In this document: positions 31,395 through 40,916 of the stretch, piece by piece
Layout of the letters: every line of letters starts with the position of its first letter
How positions within the stretch are numbered: the stretch's first letter is position 1
NCBI GenBank assembly: GCA_965223155.1
Contig: CBDCVR010000015.1
Span: forward strand, 768,001 to 832,000
DNA from: Candidatus Multivoradales bacterium
Lineage (GTDB): Bacteria > Acidobacteriota > Thermoanaerobaculia > Multivoradales > JAHEKO01
DNA length: 64,000 nt
Direction: 5' to 3'
Notes under the pieces: model-generated
Seen by the model: only the letters and a program-made list of their open reading frames with translations
Told to the model about the DNA's origin: nothing
Databases searched by the model: none
Translations under genes and position numbers: made by a program

Positions 31395-32249
31395 ATGAGC
31401 ACGCCGCTAGCTCTCGTAACCGAACTCCAACACGCCCTATCGGAGGCTGAAGCTCTCGACCGGCTCATCAACGGCATCCCCGACTGGATGGAAGAGCTCC
31501 ACGCCGAGCACAGCGAGCGCAAGGCCGAGATCGACGCGATCCAGCAGATCATCGACGAGGCGGCCGCGGAGCGCCGGGCCGCCGAAGCCACGGCGGCCGA
31601 CTGCGAGGAGAAGCTCAAGCACTACCAGGACCAGATCAGCCAGGTGCGCAATCAGCGCGAGTACGGAGCCCTGCTTCAGGAGATCGACACCGTCAAAGCC
31701 CAGATCCGGGAGTGCGAGGAACAGACGTTGACGGCGATCGATCGGTCCGACGAGGCGGAGAAGAGCCTCAACGAGTCCCGCGCGGCCTTCGAGGACCTGG
31801 ATCAGCGCTACGGCGACTCGCTGAAGAAGTGGGAAGCCGAGAAGCCGGAGGTGGCGCGCCAGGCCGGCGAGGTTCGCGAGCGTATCGCCAGCCTCGAGAC
31901 CGAGCTGCCCCGGGGCACCTTGCAGTACTTCCGGCGCGTCTTCGAACGCCACTCGGGAAATGCCTTGGCGGCGGTGCTCGAGGTGCCGGCGGTCAAGAGG
32001 GGCGCTCCCGCGATCTGGCACTGCGGAGAATGCAACTACCGGGTGAGGCCTCAGGCGGTGGTCGAGATCACGAACCACGGCAATCTGGTGCTGTGCGACT
32101 CGTGCAAGAGGATCCTCCATCGCCCGGACACCGCCGCCCCGGTCCAGGCCGGAGCGGCCCAGGCATCGGAGCCAGCAGAGCCAGCCGAGGCATCGGAACC
32201 AGCGGAACCAGCGGAACCAGCCGAGGCCGGCACCGAAACCAACGCCTGA
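31395..32249 (+). CDS. Coiled-coil plus C4-type zinc ribbon protein (DUF164 / CT398 / HP0958-like)
   Basis: VRNQREYGALLQEID; CGEC...CDSCKRIL; GAAGGAGG RBS before ATG 31395. Confidence 0.88.
   Translation: MSTPLALVTELQHALSEAEALDRLINGIPDWMEELHAEHSERKAEIDAIQQIIDEAAAERRAAEATAADCEEKLKHYQDQISQVRNQREYGALLQEIDTVKAQIRECEEQTLTAIDRSDEAEKSLNESRAAFEDLDQRYGDSLKKWEAEKPEVARQAGEVRERIASLETELPRGTLQYFRRVFERHSGNALAAVLEVPAVKRGAPAIWHCGECNYRVRPQAVVEITNHGNLVLCDSCKRILHRPDTAAPVQAGAAQASEPAEPAEASEPAEPAEPAEAGTETNA
32160..32231 (+). repeat. In-frame 9-bp tandem repeat (x8, EPA/EAS)
   Basis: caggcatcg gagccagca gagccagcc gaggcatcg gaaccagcg gaaccagcg gaaccagcc gaggccggc. Confidence 0.8.
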
Positions 32250-32274
32250 GTCCGGCAGCCGTCTACGTCCCTCC

Positions 32275-32976
32275 ATGCCCGCGGTAGCCGCCAACCTGGC
32301 CGCCATCCGCGCCCGGATCGACTCGGCGCTCGAGCGGTCGGGCCGGCCCGCAGGAAGCGTGGTGCTCCTCGGAGCCTCGAAGCGGCAGAGCGACGAACGC
32401 ATCCGGGCGGCGGTGGCTGCCGGGCTTGCCGACTTGGGCGAGAATCAGGTCCAGGAGGCCGAGCGGCACCGGCCGCTCGCGCCCAACGCTCGCTGGCACT
32501 TGATCGGTCCGCTCCAGTCCAACAAGGTCCGCCGCGCGGTCGCGCTCTTCGACGCCGTGCACTCGGTCGATCGCCTCAAGATCGCCCGCGCCCTCGACCG
32601 CGAGGCCGAGCGGTCCGGCCGTGCGCTACCCGGGATGCTCGAGATCAACCTGGGCGGCGAGGCGACCAAGCATGGCTTCCCTCCCGACGAGGTGCTAGCT
32701 GCCGCGAGCGCGCTCGCGGAACTCACCCACCTGCGCCTCGAAGGGCTCATGGCGATCCCGCCGCCGGCCCGGACGGCCGAGGAAGCCCGAGGATGGTTTC
32801 GCGCTCTCCGCGAGCTACGCGACGAGCTCTTCGCCCTCGAGGCCTGGTCGGACCGGCCAGGCTACCTCTCCATGGGAATGAGCCACGACCTCGAGAGCGC
32901 GATCGAGGAGGGCGCTACCCACGTCCGAGTGGGAAGCGCTCTTTTCGGCCCACGCGAACCGAAGGCGGCTCGATGA
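32275..32976 (+). CDS. yggS: PLP homeostasis protein (YggS family)
   Basis: LLGASK, GENQVQE, WHLIGPLQSNK, LSMGMSHD and VRVGSALFG motifs. Confidence 0.95.
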   Translation: MPAVAANLAAIRARIDSALERSGRPAGSVVLLGASKRQSDERIRAAVAAGLADLGENQVQEAERHRPLAPNARWHLIGPLQSNKVRRAVALFDAVHSVDRLKIARALDREAERSGRALPGMLEINLGGEATKHGFPPDEVLAAASALAELTHLRLEGLMAIPPPARTAEEARGWFRALRELRDELFALEAWSDRPGYLSMGMSHDLESAIEEGATHVRVGSALFGPREPKAAR

Positions 32977-33257
32977 AGCTCTCTGCCGGCGCCGCCCGCC
33001 TGGTCTCTGACGTGGCCGCCGGGAGCCTGGAGCGGGCCGAGTTCGAGCCGGTCCTGGCGTTCGCCCTCCTCGAAGACGGCGACTCGAGCGATCTCGGCGC
33101 TCTCTTCGCGAGCCTGGGCGAGGAGGCGGTACGCGGCTGGCTCGAAACCCATCCGGGAAGTCTCTCGCGCAGGAGCCGCGGTTACTGGCGGGCGGTGCTG
33201 GGTCTCGAGCGCCTGCTCGACGAGGTCGGCGAGGTCGACGAGCTTTGGCCCCACTGA
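32973..33257 (+). CDS. Small protein, putative antitoxin (DUF6922-like)
   Basis: 94 aa from ATG 32973, overlapping the yggS stop; LLEDGDSSDL...GEEAVRGWL...LSRRSRGYW; directly upstream of an AbiEii-like gene. Confidence 0.65.
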   Translation: MKLSAGAARLVSDVAAGSLERAEFEPVLAFALLEDGDSSDLGALFASLGEEAVRGWLETHPGSLSRRSRGYWRAVLGLERLLDEVGEVDELWPH

Positions 33258-33922
33258 CCGCCACGCACTCCGATTCGCTCACGGCAGCGAGCCGCCAGGC
33301 GCTTGCCACGCTGAGCGGCCTCGACTTCTGCCGGGACTTCTATCTCGCCGGCTCGGCGGCGCTGGCCCTCTACCTCGGCCACCGCCGGGTGCGGGACCTC
33401 GACTTCATGAGCGCCGGCTCCCGGCTCCGCAGCGCCGAGCGCCGCGATCACCTCGAAGCGATCCTGGCCGTTGACGGATCCACCCAGGTGGAGACCGCCC
33501 GCGACGGGTTCCTGTACGTGCGTCTCGACTCGGGCGTCGGGGTTCGCTTCTACTACTATCCGTATCCTCTGGTCGCTCCCGAGGAGACTTGCCTCGGCGT
33601 CGACGTCGCCTCGGCCCCGGACCTGGGGCTCATGAAGCTCGCCGCGATCGTGAGCCGGGGCCGGCGCAAGGACTTCCTGGATCTCGAGGCTCTGTGCCGG
33701 CGGCTGCCCCTGGACGAGCTCCTGGGCCGGGCGGCGGACAAGTTCGGTCATGTGCGAGACTTCCCTCTGCAAGCGCTCAAAGCACTCGCCGACCACTCGC
33801 ATGCGTTGCCGGAGCCTCACGTCGATGAGGAGGCGTGGTCGGCGGCAGCCTCCTGGGCGCTCGCGGAGACCGTCCGCCTCAGCCGGGAGCGATTCGACCT
33901 TCCGCAGGAACCCTCGCGATGA
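33245..33922 (+). CDS. AbiEii/AbiGii-family nucleotidyltransferase toxin
   Basis: FYLAGSAALALYLGHRRVRDLDF and MKLAAIVSRGRRKDFLDL motifs. Confidence 0.85.
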   Translation: MAPLTATHSDSLTAASRQALATLSGLDFCRDFYLAGSAALALYLGHRRVRDLDFMSAGSRLRSAERRDHLEAILAVDGSTQVETARDGFLYVRLDSGVGVRFYYYPYPLVAPEETCLGVDVASAPDLGLMKLAAIVSRGRRKDFLDLEALCRRLPLDELLGRAADKFGHVRDFPLQALKALADHSHALPEPHVDEEAWSAAASWALAETVRLSRERFDLPQEPSR

Positions 33923-35196
33923 CCGACCTTCTCGTCCACAACCTGGCTGAGATCGCGACGCCGACGGGCTCGTCTCCACGAAGCGGCGCCAACCAGGGAC
34001 GGATCCGGCGGGTCGCCGAGGGAGCGGTGTTGTGCCGGGAGGGCCGTATCCGCTTCGTCGGCAAGGAGGCCGAATTGGTCGAGCGCTACGGCACGCTCGA
34101 AGACGTGCCCCGGATCGACGGCAAGCGCGGAACGCTCGTCCCGGGCTTCGTCGATCCGCATACCCATCTTCCCTGGGCCGGGAGCCGCGAGCACGAGTTC
34201 GCGCGGCGCCTGGCCGGAGCCACCTATCAGGAGATCGCCGCCGAAGGAGGCGGCATCCTGGCCACCGTGCGCTCCACCCGCGCCGCCGCCGAAGAGGAGC
34301 TCGTCAACCTCGCGCTCGGCCGCATGGATCGAATGCTCGAGACCGGCACGACGACGGCCGAAGCCAAGTCGGGCTACGGCCTGAGTCTCGACGACGAGCT
34401 CAAACAGTTGCGCGCCGTACGGCGAGCCAACCGGGAGCATTCGGTCGAGCTCGTGCCCACGCTCCTGGCGGCGCACGAGATCCCTCCCGAGTTTCGCGAC
34501 CGGCGCGAGCGCTATCTGGATCTCATCGCCAACGAGATCTTGCCTCAGGTGCGCGACCAAGAGCTGGCGGTCTTTGCAGACGTCTTCTGCGAACGGGGAG
34601 TCTTCTCAGCCGAGGAATCCCGCCGGGTCCTCGAAGCGAGCCGGGAACACGGTCTGGTGCCGCGACTCCATGCCGACGAGTTCGCGGACTCGGGCGGTGC
34701 CGAGCTGGCGGCCGAGCTGGGCGCGGCCTCAGCCGATCACTTGATGGCCATCTCCGAGCGCGGCATCGAGGCGCTCGCCGCCAGCGAAGTCGTGGCGACA
34801 CTTCTTCCTGGCACGAGCTTCTTCCTGATGAAAACGGACTACGCTCCCGCCCGCCGTCTGATCCAGGCAGGGGTTCCGGTGGCTCTGGCCACCGACTGCA
34901 ATCCGGGCTCCTCTCACACCGAATCAATGGCGATGGCGTTCTTGCTGGCGGTCTTCAAGCTGGGCCTGTCGATCGACGAGGCACTTACCGCCGCCACGCT
35001 GAACGCCGCCTGCTCGCTCTACCTGGGCGAGGAGATCGGATCGGTCGAAGAGGGCAAGCGCGCCGACCTGGTCCTTCTGGACGCGCCTTGCGTCGAACAT
35101 CTCGCCTACCACTACGGTGTCAACCTGGTGAGGTCGGTGATCAAGGACGGACGGCTAGTCCTGTCCAGGCCGCCCGGCTTCGGCCGGGTCACATAG
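33919..35196 (+). CDS. hutI: Imidazolonepropionase
   Basis: PGFVDPHTH, GGGILATV, EAKSGYGL, DVFCE, HADE and ALATDCNPGSS motifs; ATG 33919 overlaps the upstream stop. Confidence 0.95.
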   Translation: MTDLLVHNLAEIATPTGSSPRSGANQGRIRRVAEGAVLCREGRIRFVGKEAELVERYGTLEDVPRIDGKRGTLVPGFVDPHTHLPWAGSREHEFARRLAGATYQEIAAEGGGILATVRSTRAAAEEELVNLALGRMDRMLETGTTTAEAKSGYGLSLDDELKQLRAVRRANREHSVELVPTLLAAHEIPPEFRDRRERYLDLIANEILPQVRDQELAVFADVFCERGVFSAEESRRVLEASREHGLVPRLHADEFADSGGAELAAELGAASADHLMAISERGIEALAASEVVATLLPGTSFFLMKTDYAPARRLIQAGVPVALATDCNPGSSHTESMAMAFLLAVFKLGLSIDEALTAATLNAACSLYLGEEIGSVEEGKRADLVLLDAPCVEHLAYHYGVNLVRSVIKDGRLVLSRPPGFGRVT

Positions 35197-35226
35197 CGCA
35201 ACCGCCCGGCCTTCGACTACGGGCCG

Positions 35227-35514
35227 CTAGTTGACGGATTCGGAACCGGCCGGATCCGCAGCTTCATCCAACGGGCCATAGTTCTTCTCGTAGATTTCGA
35301 GATTCTCGGCTAGCGCCCGCACGATCCGCTTGAGGTGTCCGGGGCTGGTGATCAGCCGAGATGCCAGCACCGCCTGCGGCGGCACCATGTTGATGAAGTC
35401 GAGGATGAACTCCTCGCGGGTGTGGGTGACGCGCAACAGGTTCGAGTACCGGCCCTTGAGGTCGTCGTCGTGGATCTTGATGTTCAGGGTCTTCTGCGAC
35501 TTGCTTTCACTCAT
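35227..35514 (-). CDS. DUF3467-family protein
   Basis: GRYSNLLRVTHTREEFILDF...RLITSPGHLKR...YEKNYG; ATGA overlap with wzt. Confidence 0.85.
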   Translation of the reverse strand: MSESKSQKTLNIKIHDDDLKGRYSNLLRVTHTREEFILDFINMVPPQAVLASRLITSPGHLKRIVRALAENLEIYEKNYGPLDEAADPAGSESVN

Positions 35515-36914
35515 GCGCTCTCCGGTTCCAGGCTCCACTCGACGCCTCCGTCGAATTGCCACTGATGGGGTGGGAAATAGACGCCGACACCCTGCTCACG
35601 CGACAGCACTGTGAAGCTCAAGATCTGCCGGTGGTAGTCGTAGGGATAGCCATCGCGGGCATGGACCGCGGCGTCCAAGAGGTATTCGCCCGGGGCCAGG
35701 CGCAGGGAGGGACAGCTGATCCGCGCGGTCGCCGACCCTTCGAAGGCGTCCGAGACGAAGCCGGCGAGATGGGTGTTGGTCCCCCAAACCTCGGTGCCCC
35801 GGAAGGTGAACACCCCAATGCCGAAGACAAAGTCCTCGAGCTTCCGGTGCGCGCGCACCTCGATCTCGAAGGCCACCTCGTCGCCGCTGTCGAAGTTGTA
35901 ACGCTCGCTGCCGCTGGCGTCGAGCATGCGGGCGCGCACGATCTCCGCTTCCCGCGAGCCCCAGCGCTTGACCTCGGGCTCGCCGTCCGCGCCCTCCTCG
36001 CCGCCCTCGCCCGGGTCCGGCTCTGGCGCGGCCGCGGCCGGCTCATCTTCGGCGGGCTCCTCGAGCACGACGTCCGACTCGGCATCCGCCGAGTCGGCCA
36101 GAGCGATCTCCTGCTCGCGGCGTTCTTTGGCCTCGAGATGCTCCTGACCCTCGGCCTCGGCCACCTGCTGCCGGTAGGCATCGACCACCCGGCGCGGATG
36201 GCCCAGCAACCGGAGCTTGCCGCCCTCCATCCACAGGCAACGGTCGGCGAACTCCTCCACCAGACCCAAGGAGTGGCTGACCAGAAGCACGGTCCCGCCC
36301 CGCGCCAGAAACTCTTCGATCCGCCGCACGCACCTGTGGGCAAAGGCCTCGTCGCCGACGGCCAGGACCTCGTCCACAAGCAGCACATCCGGACTGGTAT
36401 GGATCGCCACCGAAAAGCCCAGGCGCACGTACATGCCCGAGGAGTAGTTCTTGACCGGCTCGTCCATGAAATCGGCGAGACCGGAAAACTCCACGATGTC
36501 GTCGTACCGGCGCTCGATCTCTCGCCGGCTCAAACCCAGGACCACGCCGTTGATGAAGACATTCTCGCGGCCCGAGATCTCGGGGTGAAAGCCGGCGCCG
36601 AGCTCGATCAGCGCAGCCACGCGGCCGTTGACGTCGATCGTGCCCGAGGTGGGCTTCATGATTCCAGCCACCATCTTGAGCAGAGACGACTTACCCGAGC
36701 CGTTGCTGCCGACGACCGCGAAGGCCTCCCCCGGCTCGACCGCAAACGACAGGTCGTCGACCGCCCGGATCGTCTCCTCCGGACGCAGCCCCTCGGTCAG
36801 GCTCCGTTCCAGAAGGGCGCTCTTGAGCGTTCGGAGCTTGTGGCCGGCCGCCATGCGCCGGTAGTGCTTGGTTAGTCCTTCGGCGCGAATCGCGCCCTTC
36901 GCCAAGGACCTCAC
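35511..36914 (-). CDS. wzt: Polysaccharide-export ABC transporter ATPase with Wzt C-terminal domain
   Basis: GSNGSGKS, LGAGFHPEISGREN, YSSGMYVRLGF and DEVLAVGD motifs; C-terminal LAPGEY domain. Confidence 0.92.
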   Translation of the reverse strand: MRSLAKGAIRAEGLTKHYRRMAAGHKLRTLKSALLERSLTEGLRPEETIRAVDDLSFAVEPGEAFAVVGSNGSGKSSLLKMVAGIMKPTSGTIDVNGRVAALIELGAGFHPEISGRENVFINGVVLGLSRREIERRYDDIVEFSGLADFMDEPVKNYSSGMYVRLGFSVAIHTSPDVLLVDEVLAVGDEAFAHRCVRRIEEFLARGGTVLLVSHSLGLVEEFADRCLWMEGGKLRLLGHPRRVVDAYRQQVAEAEGQEHLEAKERREQEIALADSADAESDVVLEEPAEDEPAAAAPEPDPGEGGEEGADGEPEVKRWGSREAEIVRARMLDASGSERYNFDSGDEVAFEIEVRAHRKLEDFVFGIGVFTFRGTEVWGTNTHLAGFVSDAFEGSATARISCPSLRLAPGEYLLDAAVHARDGYPYDYHRQILSFTVLSREQGVGVYFPPHQWQFDGGVEWSLEPESA

Positions 36915-36948
36915 GACTGCCAGGACCTCACGCTTCGAGCACGGCCCG

Positions 36949-37752
36949 TCACACCGCCTCCACCAGGCTGTCCGCGAGCCGATCGAAGAGCCAGCAGCCG
37001 ACCGCCCAGACCACCACCGCCCAGACCACCATCTGCGCCACGACCAGGGGCTCCGGCGAGGTCCCCGCGAACACCGCCTGCTGGTAGGCGGTCGAGAATG
37101 GCGTCAACGGATTGAGCCAGGCCATCGCCCAGCGCCCCCACTTCCAGGCGATCCAGGACAGTGGGAACAGGATCGGTGTGAGATAGAGCAGTAGCGACAG
37201 AACGTTCGCCAGAATGTCTTTGACGTCCTTGAAGTGCACGTTGAGCGCCGACAGCCCCAGGGTGAAGCCGCCTACGACGAAGAACTCGAGGAGGATCACC
37301 ACCGGCAGCCAGAGCACGCTCCAACCTCCGACCGGGTATCCCATCCACCGGCCCACCAGGAGACCGGCACCCAGGATCGGCAGGGCCAAGAGGAAGTGAA
37401 TGAGATTCGAGATCACGAAAACCATCGGCAGCACTTCGGCCGGAAACACCGCGCGCCGGATGAGTCCGGCGCCCGACAGGAGCGACTGCGTGCCCTCGAG
37501 CAGCGAGGTCGAGACCCAGATCCACGGGAAGAGCCCGCACATCAGAAACAGGGGATAGGGCTCCCCGCCTTCGACCCGGGGGGCGAAGATGTAGGTGAAA
37601 ACGAACGAGTAGACCGCCAAGAGCAGAATCGGGTTGACCAGGGACCAGAAGAAGCCCAGCACGGAGCCCCGGTAGCGGCCCTTGAGCTCGCGCACCACCA
37701 GCGTGTAAAGCAGGTTGCGATAGCGCAGCAGGCGCCGGGAAATGTCCAGCAT
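36949..37752 (-). CDS. wzm: Polysaccharide-export ABC transporter permease
   Basis: RELKGRYRGSVLGFFWSLVNP; multiple TM helices; adjacent to wzt. Confidence 0.92.
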   Translation of the reverse strand: MLDISRRLLRYRNLLYTLVVRELKGRYRGSVLGFFWSLVNPILLLAVYSFVFTYIFAPRVEGGEPYPLFLMCGLFPWIWVSTSLLEGTQSLLSGAGLIRRAVFPAEVLPMVFVISNLIHFLLALPILGAGLLVGRWMGYPVGGWSVLWLPVVILLEFFVVGGFTLGLSALNVHFKDVKDILANVLSLLLYLTPILFPLSWIAWKWGRWAMAWLNPLTPFSTAYQQAVFAGTSPEPLVVAQMVVWAVVVWAVGCWLFDRLADSLVEAV

Positions 37753-37866
37753 CGACTTCGTGACCGGTTCCGGAAGCGGGCTCTCGAGCAGCCTTGCCCG
37801 GCTGCCGTCGGACGATTCTAGCCCGGGTAGTCGGGAGTGCGCCCGGGCCCGTTCCGGGCCTGCGGG

Positions 37867-39060
37867 CTAGTTCTGGTTGCGCCGGCGCTGCGCCTCTTCC
37901 AGCCGGCGCAGGCGATCCAGCAGCTCGCGGCGGCGACGCTCGACTTCCTTCTCGTAGTCAATCAGGCCGCCGTCCTCGACCACGTAGACGCGCGGGAACT
38001 TCTGGGCATCGCCACGCTCGTCGAACTGGATGGTGCCGGTGACCCCGGCGAAGTCGCGCAGGCCGCGCACCTTCTGCCACAAGCTTGTGGCCACGATCTC
38101 GCCTTCGCTGAGAGCGGCGATCAGCACCATCAAGGCGTCGTAGCCGTGGGCGGCGTAGAGGTTCGGGTTGAGGCCGTACTTGGCGTGAAAGGCCTCGACG
38201 AAGTTCTTGACCTTGGGATCTTCGCTGCCGACGTCGAAGCCGGCCTGGGTCAGGAAGACGCCCTCACCAGCAGCACCGGTAGCCTCGATCGCCTCCGGGG
38301 CGGCAAACGCGGAGGTGGTCAGCAGGCGTCCTTCGTAGCCGCGCTCGCGCAGCTCGACGATCATTTTGCCGATGTCCCCGGCAAAGGCCGCCAGACAGAC
38401 GCCGTCGGGGTTGAGGCTGACCACCCGGTCGATGAAGCCGGAAAAGTCAGCGGCCCCGGCCGGGTACTCGATCGCCTCGAGCACTTGCCCGCCGTTGCGC
38501 TCGAACTCGGCCTGGAAGACCTCTCTGATTCCGCGCGCGTACGTGTCTTCTTTTGCCAGGATGACGACGCTTTCGAGCTGCAGCTTCTGGGAGGCAAAGT
38601 TGCCCATGGTCGTGCCTTCACGAGAATCGGAAGGAAAGACACGGTAGAAGTTCTTGGAGATGCCGGTGAGCTGCGGCGTCGAGGCCGACGGCGAGATCAG
38701 GACGCGGTTGTACCGATCCGCCACCGGCACCATCTGGAGCGCCTCGTCCGACATCACGCCACCGATGACCGCCACCGCGCCGGCGTCCACCTGCTCTTCC
38801 ATGAGCTGCGCCGCCGTGGCCGGATCGCCACCGGTGTCGACGACCGTAAGCTCGATCTCGAACGGCAGCTCTCCGGCCTCGGACAGTTCCTCGAAGCCCA
38901 GCTCCACACCCTTCTTGACCGCTTGGCCGTAGATCTCGAACCCTCCGGTGGCCGGCACGATGGCCGCAACCTTGATCGCTTCTCCCTTCTGGCAAGCGCC
39001 GGTCAGAACAACGACGCCGATCAGCGAAACCACAAGAAGACAAAGAGATTTACGTCTCAT
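37867..39060 (-). CDS. Periplasmic binding protein type 1 (LivJ-like) lipoprotein
   Basis: Lipobox LTGAC; ISPSASTPQLT; YAAHGYDA; GVTGTIQFDERGD. Confidence 0.88.
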   Translation of the reverse strand: MRRKSLCLLVVSLIGVVVLTGACQKGEAIKVAAIVPATGGFEIYGQAVKKGVELGFEELSEAGELPFEIELTVVDTGGDPATAAQLMEEQVDAGAVAVIGGVMSDEALQMVPVADRYNRVLISPSASTPQLTGISKNFYRVFPSDSREGTTMGNFASQKLQLESVVILAKEDTYARGIREVFQAEFERNGGQVLEAIEYPAGAADFSGFIDRVVSLNPDGVCLAAFAGDIGKMIVELRERGYEGRLLTTSAFAAPEAIEATGAAGEGVFLTQAGFDVGSEDPKVKNFVEAFHAKYGLNPNLYAAHGYDALMVLIAALSEGEIVATSLWQKVRGLRDFAGVTGTIQFDERGDAQKFPRVYVVEDGGLIDYEKEVERRRRELLDRLRRLEEAQRRRNQN

Positions 39061-39088
39061 AAGCAGAACCCCCTAAGGCGGATGACTT

Positions 39089-39118
39089 GTTGTAACGCGT
39101 CCACTCGAAAGCTGTCAA
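39089..39118 (-). promoter_or_regulatory. Candidate sigma70 promoter for the binding-protein gene
   Basis: TTGACA-N18-TACAAC on the minus strand. Confidence 0.45.
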
Positions 39119-39196
39119 GCGCAAAAGCCTCCTTCCGGTTCGACCCCGATACCGCCGATGCGGTTCCAGCCCGCCAAGCGACGGTACAATCGCCTC

Positions 39197-39505
39197 ATGG
39201 CCGAACCGTCCAAGCTCACGGTGCGCTGTCCCGAATGCGACGCTGATCTGGTGATCGACGCCGGCACCGGCACCGTGCTCTTCCACAAGAAGCGCAAGGA
39301 GGAGCCGGCCGCGGGCAAGGACTTCGAGCAACTCTTCCAGGAGCTTGAAGACGAGAAGACCCAAGCCGAAGCGACCTTCACCCGTGAAGTCGCGGCGCTC
39401 CAAGATCGCGACCGTGTCCTCGAAGAGAAGTTCCGCGAGGCGATGAAGCAAGCCGAGGATTCGCCCGACGACGAGCCCCCGCCGCGCCCGTTCGACCTGG
39501 ACTAG
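39197..39505 (+). CDS. Small CxxC-containing hypothetical protein
   Basis: MAEPSKLTVRCPECDADLVIDAGTG..., charged helix, C-terminal RPFDLD; high GC3. Confidence 0.8.
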   Translation: MAEPSKLTVRCPECDADLVIDAGTGTVLFHKKRKEEPAAGKDFEQLFQELEDEKTQAEATFTREVAALQDRDRVLEEKFREAMKQAEDSPDDEPPPRPFDLD

Positions 39506-39596
39506 CCACAATCGACTCCTCGCCAAACGCCCGGCGAAGCGGAGCGAAGGAGCTCCACGCTGCGGCCTGTTGGCCGAGGTTTGACCGAAATGCCGG

Positions 39597-40916
39597 CTAG
39601 AGCCGGAAGCTCAAGTAGTAGGAGCGGCGCCCTCGCTGGACGACCAGCAACAACCCGCCTCGGTCGAGCGCGCGGGCAACCTCGGTCGCCAGCCCCTGAA
39701 TGGTCGTCACCCGGCGTCCGTTTGCCTGAAGAATCACGTCGCCCCGGGCCAGGCCCTTGCGCTCCGCGGCCGAGCCCGGGCGTACCCTGACGATCGCCAG
39801 CCGCCCCTGGACCTCGTCCACCACGACGCCGACTCGTGCTTCCAAGTGGTTCATGCCCAGGTCAGCCGGCGGCCGATCCACAACCAGACGGGTCTCGATT
39901 TCGCGGCCCTCGCGCCACACCCGCAAATCCACGGCGCGGCCCACGGGAACCGAGTAGAGAACCGTCAAGACGTCTTCCCGAGTAGCGACGGCCTTGCTGC
40001 CGATGCGCAGGACGACATCCCCGGCGCGCAGCCCGGCCCGCGCCGCCGGAGAACCGGGCTGGACACGCTCGATCAGCGCCCCGCGATCCACCGGCAGCTC
40101 GAAGCGGCGCGCCAGCTCGCGGTTGAGGGTCATCATCCGCAGTCCGCTCCAGACCGGCTGCAGGCTGCCGAACCGGAGCAGGTCCTCGACCACCCGCCGC
40201 GCCCGGTCCGCCGGAATCGCGAAGCCGATGCCTTCGGCGCCGGCGACGATCGCCGTGTTGATGCCGATGACGTGGCCGTCCAGGTTGACCAGTGGGCCGC
40301 CCGAATTGCCGGGATTGATGGAAGCATCGGTCTGGAGGAAGTCGGTGTAGACGACCTCGCCGCTCTCGGCGGGCACCGTCCGTCCGCGCGCCGAGAGCAC
40401 GCCGGTGGTGACCGTGTTCGACAGCCCCAGGGGGTTGCCGAGCGCGACCACGGTCTCACCGATCATGAGGTCGGAGCTGGTTCCGAGCGGGATCGCCGGA
40501 AGCCGGGCACCATCCACCTTGAGAACCGCCAGATCAGAATCCCGATCGAAGCCCAAAACCTCGGCCTCGAGTTCGCGGCCGTCGGCCAGCGTCACCAGGA
40601 TCCGGGAGGCACCCTCGATGACGTGGGCATTGGTCACCACTGTGCCGTTGGCGGCGATCACGAAGCCGGAGCCCAGTGATTCGACCCGGCGGCGGCGTGA
40701 GAAGAACTCCCCGAAGAAGGGATCGGCCTGGCGCACGATGGCTTCGGCCGAGATGTTCACTACCGCCGGGGAGACTTGCTGGACGATCCCGACCACCGGA
40801 GTCCGACGTACGGCGCTCACGCTTGCCGAGGCGGCCTCGGCCGCCTCGCGCTGCTCGCCAACCAAGCCGGCAAGCGCGAGAACCGCTATGGCAACGGCGG
40901 CCGGAACCGGCCTCAA
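39597..40916 (-). CDS. HtrA/DegP-family serine protease with two PDZ domains
   Basis: LGSGF, TNAHV, DLAVLK and [15 protein letters not shown] motifs. Confidence 0.94.
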   Translation of the reverse strand: MRPVPAAVAIAVLALAGLVGEQREAAEAASASVSAVRRTPVVGIVQQVSPAVVNISAEAIVRQADPFFGEFFSRRRRVESLGSGFVIAANGTVVTNAHVIEGASRILVTLADGRELEAEVLGFDRDSDLAVLKVDGARLPAIPLGTSSDLMIGETVVALGNPLGLSNTVTTGVLSARGRTVPAESGEVVYTDFLQTDASINPGNSGGPLVNLDGHVIGINTAIVAGAEGIGFAIPADRARRVVEDLLRFGSLQPVWSGLRMMTLNRELARRFELPVDRGALIERVQPGSPAARAGLRAGDVVLRIGSKAVATREDVLTVLYSVPVGRAVDLRVWREGREIETRLVVDRPPADLGMNHLEARVGVVVDEVQGRLAIVRVRPGSAAERKGLARGDVILQANGRRVTTIQGLATEVARALDRGGLLLVVQRGRRSYYLSFRL

